64,000 bases of DNA from Candidatus Sumerlaeia bacterium (GCA_963580245.1 CAUZJO010000001.1:67564-131563), one strand, 5' to 3'. Shown: positions 9,005 to 18,714, counted from the first letter of the stretch. Notes: generated by a model not told the origin, from the letters alone. Numbers and translations: made by a program.

Positions 9005-10570
9005 ATGGGGCACCCAATGGAGACAACGCTAAAACCGCACGTTCAGGTTCGCGGGGAATTCTGTCTGGAGACGCGGCCCAAGTCCTGTGGGGTGATTATC
9101 TTTGGGGCATCGGGCGACCTGACCGCCCGCAAACTGATCCCCTCGCTGTTCACCGTCTATTGCCGCAAGCTGCTGCCCAAGAAGTTCTTCGTGCTCGGCG
9201 CGGCGCGCAGCCCGATGAGCGACGAATCCTTCCGCGACGCGATGCGCGACGGGTTGATGCAGCACGTCAAGAACCCCGATCCCGATCAGATGCGCGAATT
9301 CCTGCGCCACTGCCATTACCATGCGGGCCATTATACCGAGCCGGACCTCTATCAGGAAATAGCCGGGCGGCTCCGCGAGCTCGACCAGAAGTTCGAAACC
9401 GGTGCCCGCCATCTTTTCTACCTGGCCACGCCGCCCAGCCTCTATGCGCCCATCGTCGAGCAGCTGGGGGAGGCCGGCCTCGTAAGTCAGACCGAGGAGG
9501 AAGACGGCGACTGGGCGCGCGTGATCATCGAAAAGCCCTTCGGTCATGATCTGGCCAGCGCGCTGGCGCTCGATCGGCAATTGCGCAAGAACCTGGCCGA
9601 GGACCAGATCTATCGCATCGATCATTACCTGGGTAAGGAGACGGTGCAGAACATCCTGATGTTCCGGTTCGCCAACTCGATCTTCGAGCCGATCTGGAAC
9701 GGGCAGTTCGTCGACCACGTGAAGATCACCGTGGCCGAATCGATCGGCGTCGGCCACCGGGCCGGTTACTTCGAGCAGGCCGGCGTGATACGCGACATGT
9801 TCCAGAACCACATGTTGCAGATGCTGGCGTTGGTCGCGATGGAACCGCCCGCGTCGTTCGACGCCGACCGCGTGCGCGATGAAAAGGTCAAGCTGCTGCG
9901 GGCGATCCGGCCGTTCGACTTCGAGAAGCTCGACGAGGTGTTCATCCGCGGCCAGTACGTCTCGGGCGAGCAGGACGGGGAACAGGTCACGGGTTATCGC
10001 GAAGAGGAAGGGGTCGCCCCCAACTCGCACATCGAGACCTACGCGGCGGTCAAGCTGCAAGTCGACAACTGGCGCTGGCAAGGGGTGCCGATCTACATGC
10101 GCTCGGGCAAGCGCCTGGCGCGGCGTTATAGCGAGATCGCGATCACGTTCAAACACATCCCACACTCGATGTTCAGCCCGCTCAAGCCCGCTGAGTTTCA
10201 TCCCAACGTGCTGGTGCTGAACGTGCAGCCCAACGAAGGGATCGCGTTGATCATGCAGGCCAAGAGCCCCGGGCCCAAGCTGTGCATGAGCACGCTCAAG
10301 ATGGACTTCCATTTCCACGATGTGTTCGATGAGAAGCCGGGCGATGCCTATGAGCGCCTGTTGCTCGACGGGATGCTCGGCGACCAGACGCTGTTCGTGC
10401 GTCACGACGACATGGTGGTGGCCTGGTCGCTGATCACGCCGATCCTCGAGAAGTGGGAAGCGGAAGGCTCCTACGGCCGCGTCTACCCCTACAAACCCGG
10501 CTCCTGGGGCCCCAAGGAGGCCGACGAGCTGCTCGATCGCGAGGGCCGGTATTGGATTAATCCGGTGTGA
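9005..10570 (+). CDS. zwf: Glucose-6-phosphate 1-dehydrogenase.
   Basis: The NADP-binding motif is IIFGASGDLTARKL and the catalytic motif is RIDHYLGKETVQN. The start is uncertain: ATG at 9005 or 9017, or the ORF-track ATG at 8873, which would add 44 non-conserved residues. Confidence 0.88.
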   Translation: MGHPMETTLKPHVQVRGEFCLETRPKSCGVIIFGASGDLTARKLIPSLFTVYCRKLLPKKFFVLGAARSPMSDESFRDAMRDGLMQHVKNPDPDQMREFLRHCHYHAGHYTEPDLYQEIAGRLRELDQKFETGARHLFYLATPPSLYAPIVEQLGEAGLVSQTEEEDGDWARVIIEKPFGHDLASALALDRQLRKNLAEDQIYRIDHYLGKETVQNILMFRFANSIFEPIWNGQFVDHVKITVAESIGVGHRAGYFEQAGVIRDMFQNHMLQMLALVAMEPPASFDADRVRDEKVKLLRAIRPFDFEKLDEVFIRGQYVSGEQDGEQVTGYREEEGVAPNSHIETYAAVKLQVDNWRWQGVPIYMRSGKRLARRYSEIAITFKHIPHSMFSPLKPAEFHPNVLVLNVQPNEGIALIMQAKSPGPKLCMSTLKMDFHFHDVFDEKPGDAYERLLLDGMLGDQTLFVRHDDMVVAWSLITPILEKWEAEGSYGRVYPYKPGSWGPKEADELLDREGRYWINPV

Positions 10571-10663
10571 GGACCGCTCTCGTATGGAAGATGCGGCGCG
10601 TCGGCGACTGAACCCTGAACCCTGGACCCTGACCCCCCCACCCCCCGCTTCCACGTCATCATC

Positions 10664-11509
10664 GTGCTCCACAACAGCGCGCGCTGGGTCGAGGGCTGTT
10701 TGCGGGCGGTCATGGCTCAGTCACCGGCGCCGGCGGAGGTCACGGTGCTCGACAACGCTTCGACCGATGACGGAGCCGAACGGGCACGGTGGAGTTTCCC
10801 GCGTGTTCGGGTATTGGAAAGCCGGGAGAACCTTGGGTTCGCCGGCGGGAATAATCGCGCGGCGCAAGCGGTGCAAGACGCCGACTATCTCTTGCTGCTC
10901 AACCCCGACACCGAGCCGGCCGCCGACTTGCTCGAGCGTTTGGCCGAAGCGTTTAAAAGCGACGAGAAAATCGGCGTGCTCGGTTGCAAGGTGATGGAAA
11001 CCGACGGAAAGACGATCCAGCACGTTGGCGTCCGGTTGCGCGGGAACGGTTTGCCAAGCCACATCGGTCAGGGCGAGCCCGATCGCGGGCAGTACTGCGG
11101 CGTTCATGACCGCGCGAGTGTTCTGGGGGCTGCGATGGCCGTGCGCACGCGGGCCTGGCGAGAATTGGGCGGCCTCGACGAGCGGTTTTGGCCGGCTTAT
11201 TACGAGGAGACCGATTTCTGTTTCCGCGCGCGGCGGGCGGGTTGGCGCGTGGCCGTGGCGTGCGAGGCGAGCGTCGTCCATTTCGATGCCTCGGCTGACC
11301 GCCGGACCGATTGGGGCCACCTCGAGATGTTTTTCCGCGGACGCGCCCGGTTTCTGCTCAAGCACTATCGCCCGCGCGACTGGCTCTTGCGCTACCTGCC
11401 CGACGAGTTGCGCTGGCTGCTTTATTGGGGCAGCAAAGGCATGCGCCGCGTGGCGCTGAGGACGCTGTGGGAATCGGGTTTCGGGTCTCGGGGTTTGGGT
11501 CCTGGGTAG
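10664..11509 (+). CDS. Family 2 glycosyltransferase (GT2). The 5' end is unresolved.
   Basis: GT2 signatures are VTVLDNASTDDG, the DxD-like LLLNPDTE, GVLGCKV and the C-terminal acceptor region. The first conserved beta-strand (RFHVIIVLHNS) extends upstream of the GTG at 10664. There it is separated from an ATG at 10584 by a 7C-A-6C tract, out of frame. Confidence 0.75.
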   Translation: MLHNSARWVEGCLRAVMAQSPAPAEVTVLDNASTDDGAERARWSFPRVRVLESRENLGFAGGNNRAAQAVQDADYLLLLNPDTEPAADLLERLAEAFKSDEKIGVLGCKVMETDGKTIQHVGVRLRGNGLPSHIGQGEPDRGQYCGVHDRASVLGAAMAVRTRAWRELGGLDERFWPAYYEETDFCFRARRAGWRVAVACEASVVHFDASADRRTDWGHLEMFFRGRARFLLKHYRPRDWLLRYLPDELRWLLYWGSKGMRRVALRTLWESGFGSRGLGPG

Positions 11510-11599
11510 GAATATCGGGATGGATATCGGTGAGGATTATTCCAGGGAAAGGGGCCTGTATGGTAAGCTCGGCGAATACGGTGAAACGAATTCGAAACG

Positions 11600-12268
11600 A
11601 TGAAGAACGATTTGAAGACACCCGACGCCCCGATTCATTCCCCCCAACAAATGGAGCCGAATGACGCAGATGAATCATCCATCCTGAACCCTTCCACCCG
11701 AACCCCGAAACCCGAACCCCGAAACCCGATCCACCTCGTCCTCCACGCCCCCCGCATCCCCCAAAACACCGGCCAGATCGCGCGCGGTTGCCTGGCGATG
11801 GGGTGTCGGTTGCATTTGATCAGGCCGCTTGGATTTCGGGTCGATGCGCCCGCGTTGCGGCGGGCGGCCGTTGGCCATCTGGAGCAGGTCGATCTGGAGG
11901 TTCACGCCGACGGCGAGGCGTTTTGGTCGGCGGCGCCGAACCTGGACCGGGTTTGGCTCGTGACCAAACATGGCCGGCTCGATTACGCCGAGGTCGCCTA
12001 TCAGCCGGGCGATTGGTTGATCTTCGGGAACGAGACCGAAGGGCTGCCGCCGGAGTGGCTCCAGCGGCACGCCGAGCGGACCGTGCGCATCCCGATGGTC
12101 AATCCCGCGGCCCGTTGCCTGAACCTGGCGACGGCGGCGGCGGTGGTGATGTTCGAGGCGTTGAGGCAGGTTGGGGGTCGGTCTCCGACGCGCCATAGCC
12201 GCTTTGGCGACGGAGCGGTTTCGGGGGGAAGGGTTCAGGGTTTGGACAGCGCGCCGGTTGACGAATGA
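11600..12268 (+). CDS. trmL: tRNA (cytidine/uridine-2'-O)-methyltransferase of the SpoU/TrmH class (TrmL-like).
   Basis: Motifs are IPQNTGQIARGC, LIFGNETEGLP and VRIPMV…RCLNLATAAAVVMFEALRQ. The N-terminus has a low-complexity extension containing a 2x14-bp tandem repeat. The C-terminal 30 aa read through dispersed repeat copy B. Confidence 0.75.
   Translation: MKNDLKTPDAPIHSPQQMEPNDADESSILNPSTRTPKPEPRNPIHLVLHAPRIPQNTGQIARGCLAMGCRLHLIRPLGFRVDAPALRRAAVGHLEQVDLEVHADGEAFWSAAPNLDRVWLVTKHGRLDYAEVAYQPGDWLIFGNETEGLPPEWLQRHAERTVRIPMVNPAARCLNLATAAAVVMFEALRQVGGRSPTRHSRFGDGAVSGGRVQGLDSAPVDE
12181..12217. repeat. Copy B of the ~37-bp dispersed repeat (gtctccgacgcgccatagccgctttggcgacggagcg).
   Basis: It matches 3244-3279 and lies inside the 3' end of the trmL ORF. 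Confidence 0.75.
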
Positions 12269-13272
12269 TGGCGAGACGCATCAGCGCGCATACTGGGTCA
12301 GCCGGGACGTGTTCCGAATCGGTCGGCCCCCGGCCTAGCGCGGCTGGCGCGAATTCGCAGCCGGCTGCGGCGGGTTTGGAGCCACGGGTTGCGGCAGTTA
12401 TTGTCAATTTTCGGCAACCGGAACTGACGCGCGAGGCCATCGACTCGATTTTTCGCTCCGAAGGGGTGAGCGTGTCGGTTTGCCTCATCGAGAACGCCGG
12501 CGATGGCCAATGGGCGCGGGAGATTTATGACAACGAGCCGAGAGTCGATATCATCGCCAATCCGGAAAACATCGGTTTCGGCGCCGCCTGTAACCAGGGA
12601 ATCGAGCGGGTGCTCGCCGAGGACAACGACTTCGTTTTTCTCCTCAACAACGACGCCACCGTCGACCCCCAAACCCTGACCCTTCTCGCCGCCTCCTCCG
12701 GCCCCCATTCCCAATCCACCTCCGCCCCCAAAATCCTCCTGCCCGACGGGCGGCTCTACGCGGCGGGGGGGGTGGTCGAATTGGGGCGGGCGCGGGCGCG
12801 CAATCGGGGGATTTATGAAACGGATCGGGGGCAGTTCGACCGGCGCGAGCCCGTCGATTTCGCCTCGGCGTGCGCATTGATAATCCCGCGACGCGCGCTG
12901 GAGGGAGGCATCCGGTTCCACGAGCCCTACTTCCTCTACTACGAAGACGCCGACCTCTGCCTGCAACTGCGCAAGGCCGGTTTCCCCATCATCTACGAGC
13001 CCCGCGCCCGAGTGGTGCACCACGAATCGGCCTCAACGCCCCAGAACCGGCGGACCGAGCTTCTCTACTACGAAACGCGAAACCGGATCATTCTGCTTTT
13101 CCGCCATGGTAAAGGCGGGGAGAAAGCCGTGGGATGCGTCTACGTGACGTGTGTGGTGGTGGTTAAGGTGTTTAGCTTGACGCTCCGAGGCCGGTTCGGG
13201 GCATCGTGCGCTTTGTTGGGAGGGCTGATTGATGGCCTGCGAGGTCGCGCCGGCCGAAGGCCTTTGGAATAA
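12265..13272 (+). CDS. Family 2 glycosyltransferase (GT2, rhamnosyl/WcaA-like). The start is uncertain.
   Basis: Signatures are VAAVIVNFRQPELTREAIDS, the DxD-like FLLNNDATVD and IIANPENIGFGAACNQG. The 40-aa N-terminal lead is not conserved. The ATGA at 12265 overlaps the trmL stop. Confidence 0.7.
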   Translation: MMARRISAHTGSAGTCSESVGPRPSAAGANSQPAAAGLEPRVAAVIVNFRQPELTREAIDSIFRSEGVSVSVCLIENAGDGQWAREIYDNEPRVDIIANPENIGFGAACNQGIERVLAEDNDFVFLLNNDATVDPQTLTLLAASSGPHSQSTSAPKILLPDGRLYAAGGVVELGRARARNRGIYETDRGQFDRREPVDFASACALIIPRRALEGGIRFHEPYFLYYEDADLCLQLRKAGFPIIYEPRARVVHHESASTPQNRRTELLYYETRNRIILLFRHGKGGEKAVGCVYVTCVVVVKVFSLTLRGRFGASCALLGGLIDGLRGRAGRRPLE

Positions 13273-13594
13273 AACTGACCGATTGTACATCTGATCAAAA
13301 AGAGTCCGTGCGCCCTTAGCGTTTTCGAGCAGCCCCTTTTCTGTTATCATGGTTTTCGATAGGACGGGAGTTGAGACGTGCGGGTTCCAGTGCTCGAGGG
13401 CGTGACCGAGTGACGGATCCTGGCGCTGAACCTGACGAATCGTGGTTTGCCCGGATGTCGAAATGGGAATAATTGGTATCTCCAGGCCCAAGCGGACCGT
13501 TTGTCGATCGTTAAGTCTTATCCGTGCGTCGTCCGCAACGGCGCAGCCGCCGGATTATCTGACGGTCATTGCGTCGCTGGGCGATTTCTAGACG

Positions 13595-14370
13595 GTGTCG
13601 ATCCCGGATGATCTGCGGCCCGATGTGTTGCGGGTCACGAAGTATATGACCCCGGCCTCGGACAATCCCTCGCTTTTGCAGACCACTTACACCAACGTCA
13701 ACCTCTTCGACCAGCACCTCTTCTTCCTCATCGAGACCTTTCCCGAGCGCTTTGCCGGGATGACGAACTTCGAGTATCACCAGTTGGTCGGCATCCGCGC
13801 CACGCGCACCTACTTCTCGGGGATACTCTATAGTTTTGAGAGCCTGGACGGGTAAGTCGTCTACGGATTCGATATCAACATCTCGTTCCCGTTCGACCAC
13901 AGCGAACACGTCACGCTGGACGAGGTGCGCGGTGCTTATGAGCGCCTGGCCGAGACGTTCGCGCTTCGCCCGTTTGTCTACGCGCCGACCCATCCGGTCG
14001 CCATCGACCGCGCGCGCGGGTGGGAGGACCCCGGCTTCCCGATCGCCTTCCCCGGCGATAATCCCCCGCCCGCCTATGAGCCCTACACGCTGGGCGCGAA
14101 CTACGGCCGCGTGCGCGTGATGACGCTGGCGCAACTGGAACAGGTCAATCGCGACGGGTCGATCAGTTGGCAGGACATCCTGGCGCTCGACCTGGCGCCG
14201 ACCGACGTTGAGGGCGTGTTGGCGGCGGTCGTCACCGGGGGACGCCAGGGCGAGCTTGGGCACTTGGCCGTCCGCACCGCCCGCCGCGGGACGCCCAACG
14301 CCTACGTGCAAAACGCGCATGAAGCGTTCGGGCCGTTCGAAGGCCAGCTCGTGCGGTTGGAGGTCTAAGG
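13595..14370 (+). pseudogene. Segments of a PEP-utilising-enzyme mobile (swivel-His) domain protein, interrupted by in-frame stops.
   Basis: A single frame is open across 13463-14370 except for a TAG at 13589 and a TAA at 13856. The 3' segment carries the PEP-utilisers motif VVTGGRQGELGHLAVRTARRGTPNA. Confidence 0.5.
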
Positions 14371-14375
14371 AGGAC

Positions 14376-16337
14376 ACCTACACGGTCCAGACCGACGTGG
14401 ACCCGGCCGACGCCCAGGCCTGGTGGGACACGCACCGGCCCCTCCTGCCCAACGTTCTCGTGCCAGACCTGGAGTATGACGCGCTCGAGAACGTGCTCGA
14501 AATGGACGTGGATGAGACCAGCGGTCCGCTGGCGGCCAAGTTTGGCGGCAAGGCGGCCAACCTGGCCAAGATGTTCTCGTTCCTCCCCGCCGAGTACCAG
14601 GTTCCGGGCTTCGCGATCCCGTTTCGTTACTATCACGAGTTCATGACAAGCAACCTGATCGCCGACGACCGCTTCGAGCCTCCGGTTTTGCGGACGTACG
14701 AGGACTATCTACGCTCGCTTTTGGAAGACCCCCGGTTCCAGAGCGACGGCCAGTATCGCGCCGAGCGACTCGACGATTTTCGCGACACGATGCGCGACGA
14801 CGGCGTGGTCGATCCGGTGCTGGTCCAGGCGTGGGTCACGCGCATCACCGAGGTGTTCGGTTCGCCGTCGGTCATGGTCCGCTTCCGCTCCTCGTCCAAC
14901 AATGAAGACTCGGTCATCTTCATCGGTGCCGGGCTCTATGACTCGACGTCGGTCTGCGTCGAGGACTCGCTCGACGGTGACAACGTCGGCCCCTCGCGCT
15001 GCGACCCCAACCAGCTCAGGGAACGGACCATTGAGCGGGGCCTCAAGAAGGTGTGGGCCAGCCTGTGGAACTTCCGGGCGTACGAGGAACGCAGCTACTT
15101 CCAGGTCCCCCAGCAGCGGGCGAAGATGGCGATCCTGGTTACCCCGGCATTCCCCGCCGAGGCGTCCAACGGCGTGGCCTTCACCGGCGACCCGATCGTC
15201 GGCCGATCCTCCGGCTACGTGATCAACGCCCAGACCGGCGACGAGAGCGTGGTGTATCCTGACGTCAACGTCCTGCCCGAAAAGGACATCCTGACCATCC
15301 GAGACGGCGAGGTAAGCGGGATCAACCGCGTGCGGCCATCCTCTCTGATGCCGCCGGGCGAGCAAGTCCTGAGCGACGAACAACTGCGCACGCTGGGCCG
15401 GGCGATGGCGATCGTCGACGAAGGCCTGATGATCGACCTCGAAGGCCACGATCGCGAAGACGTGGTCGTGGATATCGAATTCAAGTTCACCCGGGAAGGC
15501 GACCTGATTTTCAAACAGGCCCGCCCCTTCCTGCGTTCGACGCTTCCGCCGCCGCAAACCGATGATTTCTTCCAGATGGTCATTCCCGACGAGATTACGT
15601 TTTGCGAAGCGGGGATCGTCGGCACATTGCGGACCGCGTATGAACACCTGGCCCAGATCGATCTCCAACCGGGGATGATCTACCTGCCCAAGCACCAGGA
15701 AGAAATCCAAGCCGACGTGATCAAGGAGTTCCGCATCGGCCCCGACCAGACGATCGCCCAGCCCCAGGGGCAAGGGCGGTTCACGAGGACCGTTTTCAAG
15801 GGAGACGATAAGACGATCAGTTACGGGTACGAGTGTGAGCAGGCCTTCCTCGCGGGCGAGGAAATGATCACGATCGGGATTCATCAACGGGAATACCATG
15901 AGGGCGATCCCCCGTTCGTGATCGATGAGGACCTCTATACCGACCCGCCGCGCTCGCCGGAATTCGTCTTTGAGATTTTCGGCGAGACCGAAGTGGAGTA
16001 TTTCTTCATGGTACTTTCGGCGTGCGAATTGCCCACGCCTCTTTTTATGAATAACTATCAGTTTGCGGACGGCGGCTGGTTGAACACCTTCACGCGAGTG
16101 ATCGCGACAAACGTTTGCGGCGCGCGGGCCAATTTCGTGTTCGTCGAGGGTTGGCTGCCCGAACTATCGAACCAACGCTTTGTGCAAGATGATTTCTTTT
16201 GCCTCGCCACGGTTGGGGGGTGTCACTACGCGGGCCGAGTTTCCTTGTCGTTTTTGATTCACCCTTCGATGAGGCGCACGGCGTCAGCTTTGACTTCAGG
16301 ACCGTCGAGGTTCTCGATGAAAACCTCGAGCCGTTAA
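14376..16337 (+). CDS. PPDK_N (pyruvate-phosphate dikinase / PEP synthase nucleotide-binding, ATP-grasp-like) domain protein. It is in the +1 frame relative to the upstream segment, and its start is unresolved.
   Basis: Matches to the PEP synthase N-terminal half are FGGKAANLAKM, VRFRSSSNNED, WASLWNFRAYEER and DIEFKFTREGDLIFKQARP. The ORF-track start at 14208 overlaps the upstream frame. Confidence 0.6.
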   Translation, partial: TYTVQTDVDPADAQAWWDTHRPLLPNVLVPDLEYDALENVLEMDVDETSGPLAAKFGGKAANLAKMFSFLPAEYQVPGFAIPFRYYHEFMTSNLIADDRFEPPVLRTYEDYLRSLLEDPRFQSDGQYRAERLDDFRDTMRDDGVVDPVLVQAWVTRITEVFGSPSVMVRFRSSSNNEDSVIFIGAGLYDSTSVCVEDSLDGDNVGPSRCDPNQLRERTIERGLKKVWASLWNFRAYEERSYFQVPQQRAKMAILVTPAFPAEASNGVAFTGDPIVGRSSGYVINAQTGDESVVYPDVNVLPEKDILTIRDGEVSGINRVRPSSLMPPGEQVLSDEQLRTLGRAMAIVDEGLMIDLEGHDREDVVVDIEFKFTREGDLIFKQARPFLRSTLPPPQTDDFFQMVIPDEITFCEAGIVGTLRTAYEHLAQIDLQPGMIYLPKHQEEIQADVIKEFRIGPDQTIAQPQGQGRFTRTVFKGDDKTISYGYECEQAFLAGEEMITIGIHQREYHEGDPPFVIDEDLYTDPPRSPEFVFEIFGETEVEYFFMVLSACELPTPLFMNNYQFADGGWLNTFTRVIATNVCGARANFVFVEGWLPELSNQRFVQDDFFCLATVGGCHYAGRVSLSFLIHPSMRRTASALTSGPSRFSMKTSSR

Positions 16338-16861
16338 ACTCGCGTGAGGTTGCCGCTAGGCATTCTGAGATTCTTGTTCGCGGCCTTTCGATCAAGGAGA
16401 TCATGGTTTCGAACCAGTCCACGCTCGCCGACGAGAGCGGCGAATACGATCCGTGGATCGAAATCCATAACGCGACGTTCTCGGAGGTCGACCTGGAAGG
16501 GCTCGCGCTGACCGGTGACCCCGAAGACGAGTCGAAATGGGTTTTCGGCCCCGGCCTGAGGGTTCCGCCCAAGGGTTATCTGATCGTGTGGGCCGACGGC
16601 CAAACCCGAGCAAGGGCCGCTGCACACCGGCTTCCAGCTGGGTCCCGCCGGCTCGTGGATCGGGTTTTATGACCACGGCCCATACGTCTGGCGCCCGAGT
16701 CAATCACTCAACCTCACCCCCCAAGACCCGGATGTCTCCGAAGGCCGCCTCCCCGACGCCGCGGGCGATTTCACCTCGCTCTCTACCCCCACCCCCGCCG
16801 CCCCCAACGACCCCGCCCGAGGCGGCGAGAACGCGGCGCGTTATGGGTGGCTGTTCGAGTA
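16199..16861 (+). pseudogene. Lamin-tail domain (LTD) segment, frameshifted internally near 16610 and out of frame with the upstream PPDK_N ORF.
   Basis: LTD motifs are IKEIMVSNQS…DPWIEIHNATFSEVDLEGLALTGDP…KWVFGPGLRVPPKGYLIVWADGQ, then after a -1 shift …GPLHTGFQLGPAGSWIGFYD. A G6 tract at 16216-16221 lies at the junction with the upstream frame. Confidence 0.5.
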
Positions 16862-16950
16862 GCTGAGTGCGGATGGCGCGTTCTATTCCGGGCGACTTGC
16901 TCCTGGGGGGTATTCCGTCTCTGTTACGAGAAGCAATTAAGCCCGCCCGC

Positions 16951-17805
16951 TTATTTCAAGAACTTAATCTGAGTCATCGGCCAGGCGCGGAGGAAGGCGC
17001 GGCCTTTGAAGTGGTTGGCGGGGACGCCGCCCCAGAAGCGGCTGTCGAGGCTGCCGGCGGTGTTGTCGCCGAAAACGTAGAACTCGCCCGGTTGGACGTC
17101 GATGGATTCGATCCGGCGGCGGGTCGTGGTGCTGGGATGGGCATACTTGACCTCGGGCAGGTCGCGATAGCCGTGGGTTCGGGTGTTGACGGTCGGCTCG
17201 TAGCGCTGGGTGGTGAAGAAACCGGGTTTCTCGACCCGCCGGCCGTCGCTGATGAGGCCGCCGTTCTTGTCGAAGGTCAGGAGCTGGCCCGGCTCGCCGG
17301 CCAGGCGTTTGATGTAAATCGGCGCCCCGCGTCGGTAGATCTGCTCGGGCACCTTGAACACGACGATATCGCCCTGGGTCGGGTGGCGGAACCAGTAGGC
17401 GAGCTTGTTGACCAGGATGCGGTCGTACTGGAAGCGGAACCGGCGCTGGCGGGCCCATTGGTCGATCTGGGCACGGCTGAACTGGAGCTGGGGGTCGGCG
17501 ACGTAGCGCTTGGGGCCGCGCACAAAGGCGCGGGCTTTGTTGTAGTTCGGGAAGCGGTCCAGGTAGAGGATGTCCTTGCGGCGGTCGCCGTTGAGGTCCT
17601 CGCGCATGACGGCACCGCCCAGCAGCGTGGGGGTCATCGATCCGCTCGGGATTTTGTAGAGCTCGACCAGAAACAGCTTGACGAACATGACGATCGTGAA
17701 GACGAAGACGAGTTCGTCGAACAGGTGGCGGGCGCGCATTGGGAAAGAAACGCGTGGCTTTTCGGGCACTTGCTCTTTGGTTTTGGGGTGTCGGGTTTGG
17801 GGCAT
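16951..17805 (-). CDS. lepB: Signal peptidase I (paralog 1).
   Basis: The S-box is IPSGSMTPTL, the K-box YIKRLAGEPG and the D-box YFVFGDNTAGSLDSRFWGGVP. An N-terminal TM helix is present. Confidence 0.85.
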   Translation of the reverse strand: MPQTRHPKTKEQVPEKPRVSFPMRARHLFDELVFVFTIVMFVKLFLVELYKIPSGSMTPTLLGGAVMREDLNGDRRKDILYLDRFPNYNKARAFVRGPKRYVADPQLQFSRAQIDQWARQRRFRFQYDRILVNKLAYWFRHPTQGDIVVFKVPEQIYRRGAPIYIKRLAGEPGQLLTFDKNGGLISDGRRVEKPGFFTTQRYEPTVNTRTHGYRDLPEVKYAHPSTTTRRRIESIDVQPGEFYVFGDNTAGSLDSRFWGGVPANHFKGRAFLRAWPMTQIKFLK

Positions 17806-17841
17806 GGGCTCGATGGGATTTGGGGGCCGCTGGGGGGCGGC

Positions 17842-18714
17842 TTAGAGGAATTTCATCTGCATCAGCGGCCAGTAGCGCAGAAAGGCGCGGCCCTTGACGT
17901 GCGTGAGCGGGACGCCGCCCCAGTAACGGCTGTCCAGGCTGCTGTCGGTGTTGTCGCCGAAGACGTAGACCTGATCCGGGGGCACGTCGATGCGACGGAG
18001 CTCGGCCTGGCCCCCCATTCTTTTATATTGGATGTCGGGCCGCCCCTTGACGTCTCGATACGGCACTTTGAGGTCGTAGGTCTGGGTTTGGAAGAACTCG
18101 GGCCGTTCGACTCGCCGGCCATTGGCCATTAAGTGGCCTGGGCCGTCGAAGGTCAATTGGTCGCCGGGGCCGCCGACGCAACGCTTGATGAAGATCGGCT
18201 TATCCTGATTCCAGATATGCGGGGGGACCTTGAAGACGGTCACCTCGCCTCGCCGGGGCAGGCGGAACCAGTAGGTCAGCTTGTTGACCAGGATACGGTC
18301 GTATTGCAGCCGCATCGTTCCGTCTTGTGTCATGCGCTCGAGGTCGTCGGCCGTGAGCGTGACTTGACCGTCGGCAACAAATCGGCGGCCATTGCCGAGG
18401 AAACCCAGGGGCGCCTGGCCGTCGCGGATCAGGATCAGGTCGCGTTTGCCGTCTTGGTTGTAATCGACATGGGCCACCCGGCCCCCGATCAGCGTGGGCG
18501 TCATGGAACCGGATGGGATTTTGAACAGCTCGACCATGAAGACGCGGACGAACATGGCCAGGATGAAAGCGATGATCAACGCGTCGGCCCATTCGCGGAC
18601 CACGATCAGCGGGCCATGAGTGCTCCAGGCGGGACCTTCGGTGGGTTCCGAGGGAGCGTCATCGGGGCTAGGGGCGGGAACGGGATCAAATACGGAGGGG
18701 TTGTGTCTGGTCAT
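17842..18714 (-). CDS. lepB: Signal peptidase I (paralog 2).
   Basis: The same boxes are present: IPSGSMTPTL, FIKRCVGGPGD and VYVFGDNTDSSLDSRYWGGVP. The ATG at 18714 avoids overlap with the next gene. The ORF-track start at 18807 is a TTG. Confidence 0.8.
   Translation of the reverse strand: MTRHNPSVFDPVPAPSPDDAPSEPTEGPAWSTHGPLIVVREWADALIIAFILAMFVRVFMVELFKIPSGSMTPTLIGGRVAHVDYNQDGKRDLILIRDGQAPLGFLGNGRRFVADGQVTLTADDLERMTQDGTMRLQYDRILVNKLTYWFRLPRRGEVTVFKVPPHIWNQDKPIFIKRCVGGPGDQLTFDGPGHLMANGRRVERPEFFQTQTYDLKVPYRDVKGRPDIQYKRMGGQAELRRIDVPPDQVYVFGDNTDSSLDSRYWGGVPLTHVKGRAFLRYWPLMQMKFL

Noticed and set aside
11640-11700. A tandem 2x14-bp repeat (ccgaaccccgaaac) inside the 5' end of trmL. I considered it as a possible CRISPR or VNTR.
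   Set aside because: There are only two units, and it is coding for a TRTPKPEPRNP linker. It is not a CRISPR array. It is noted only as low-complexity linker sequence.
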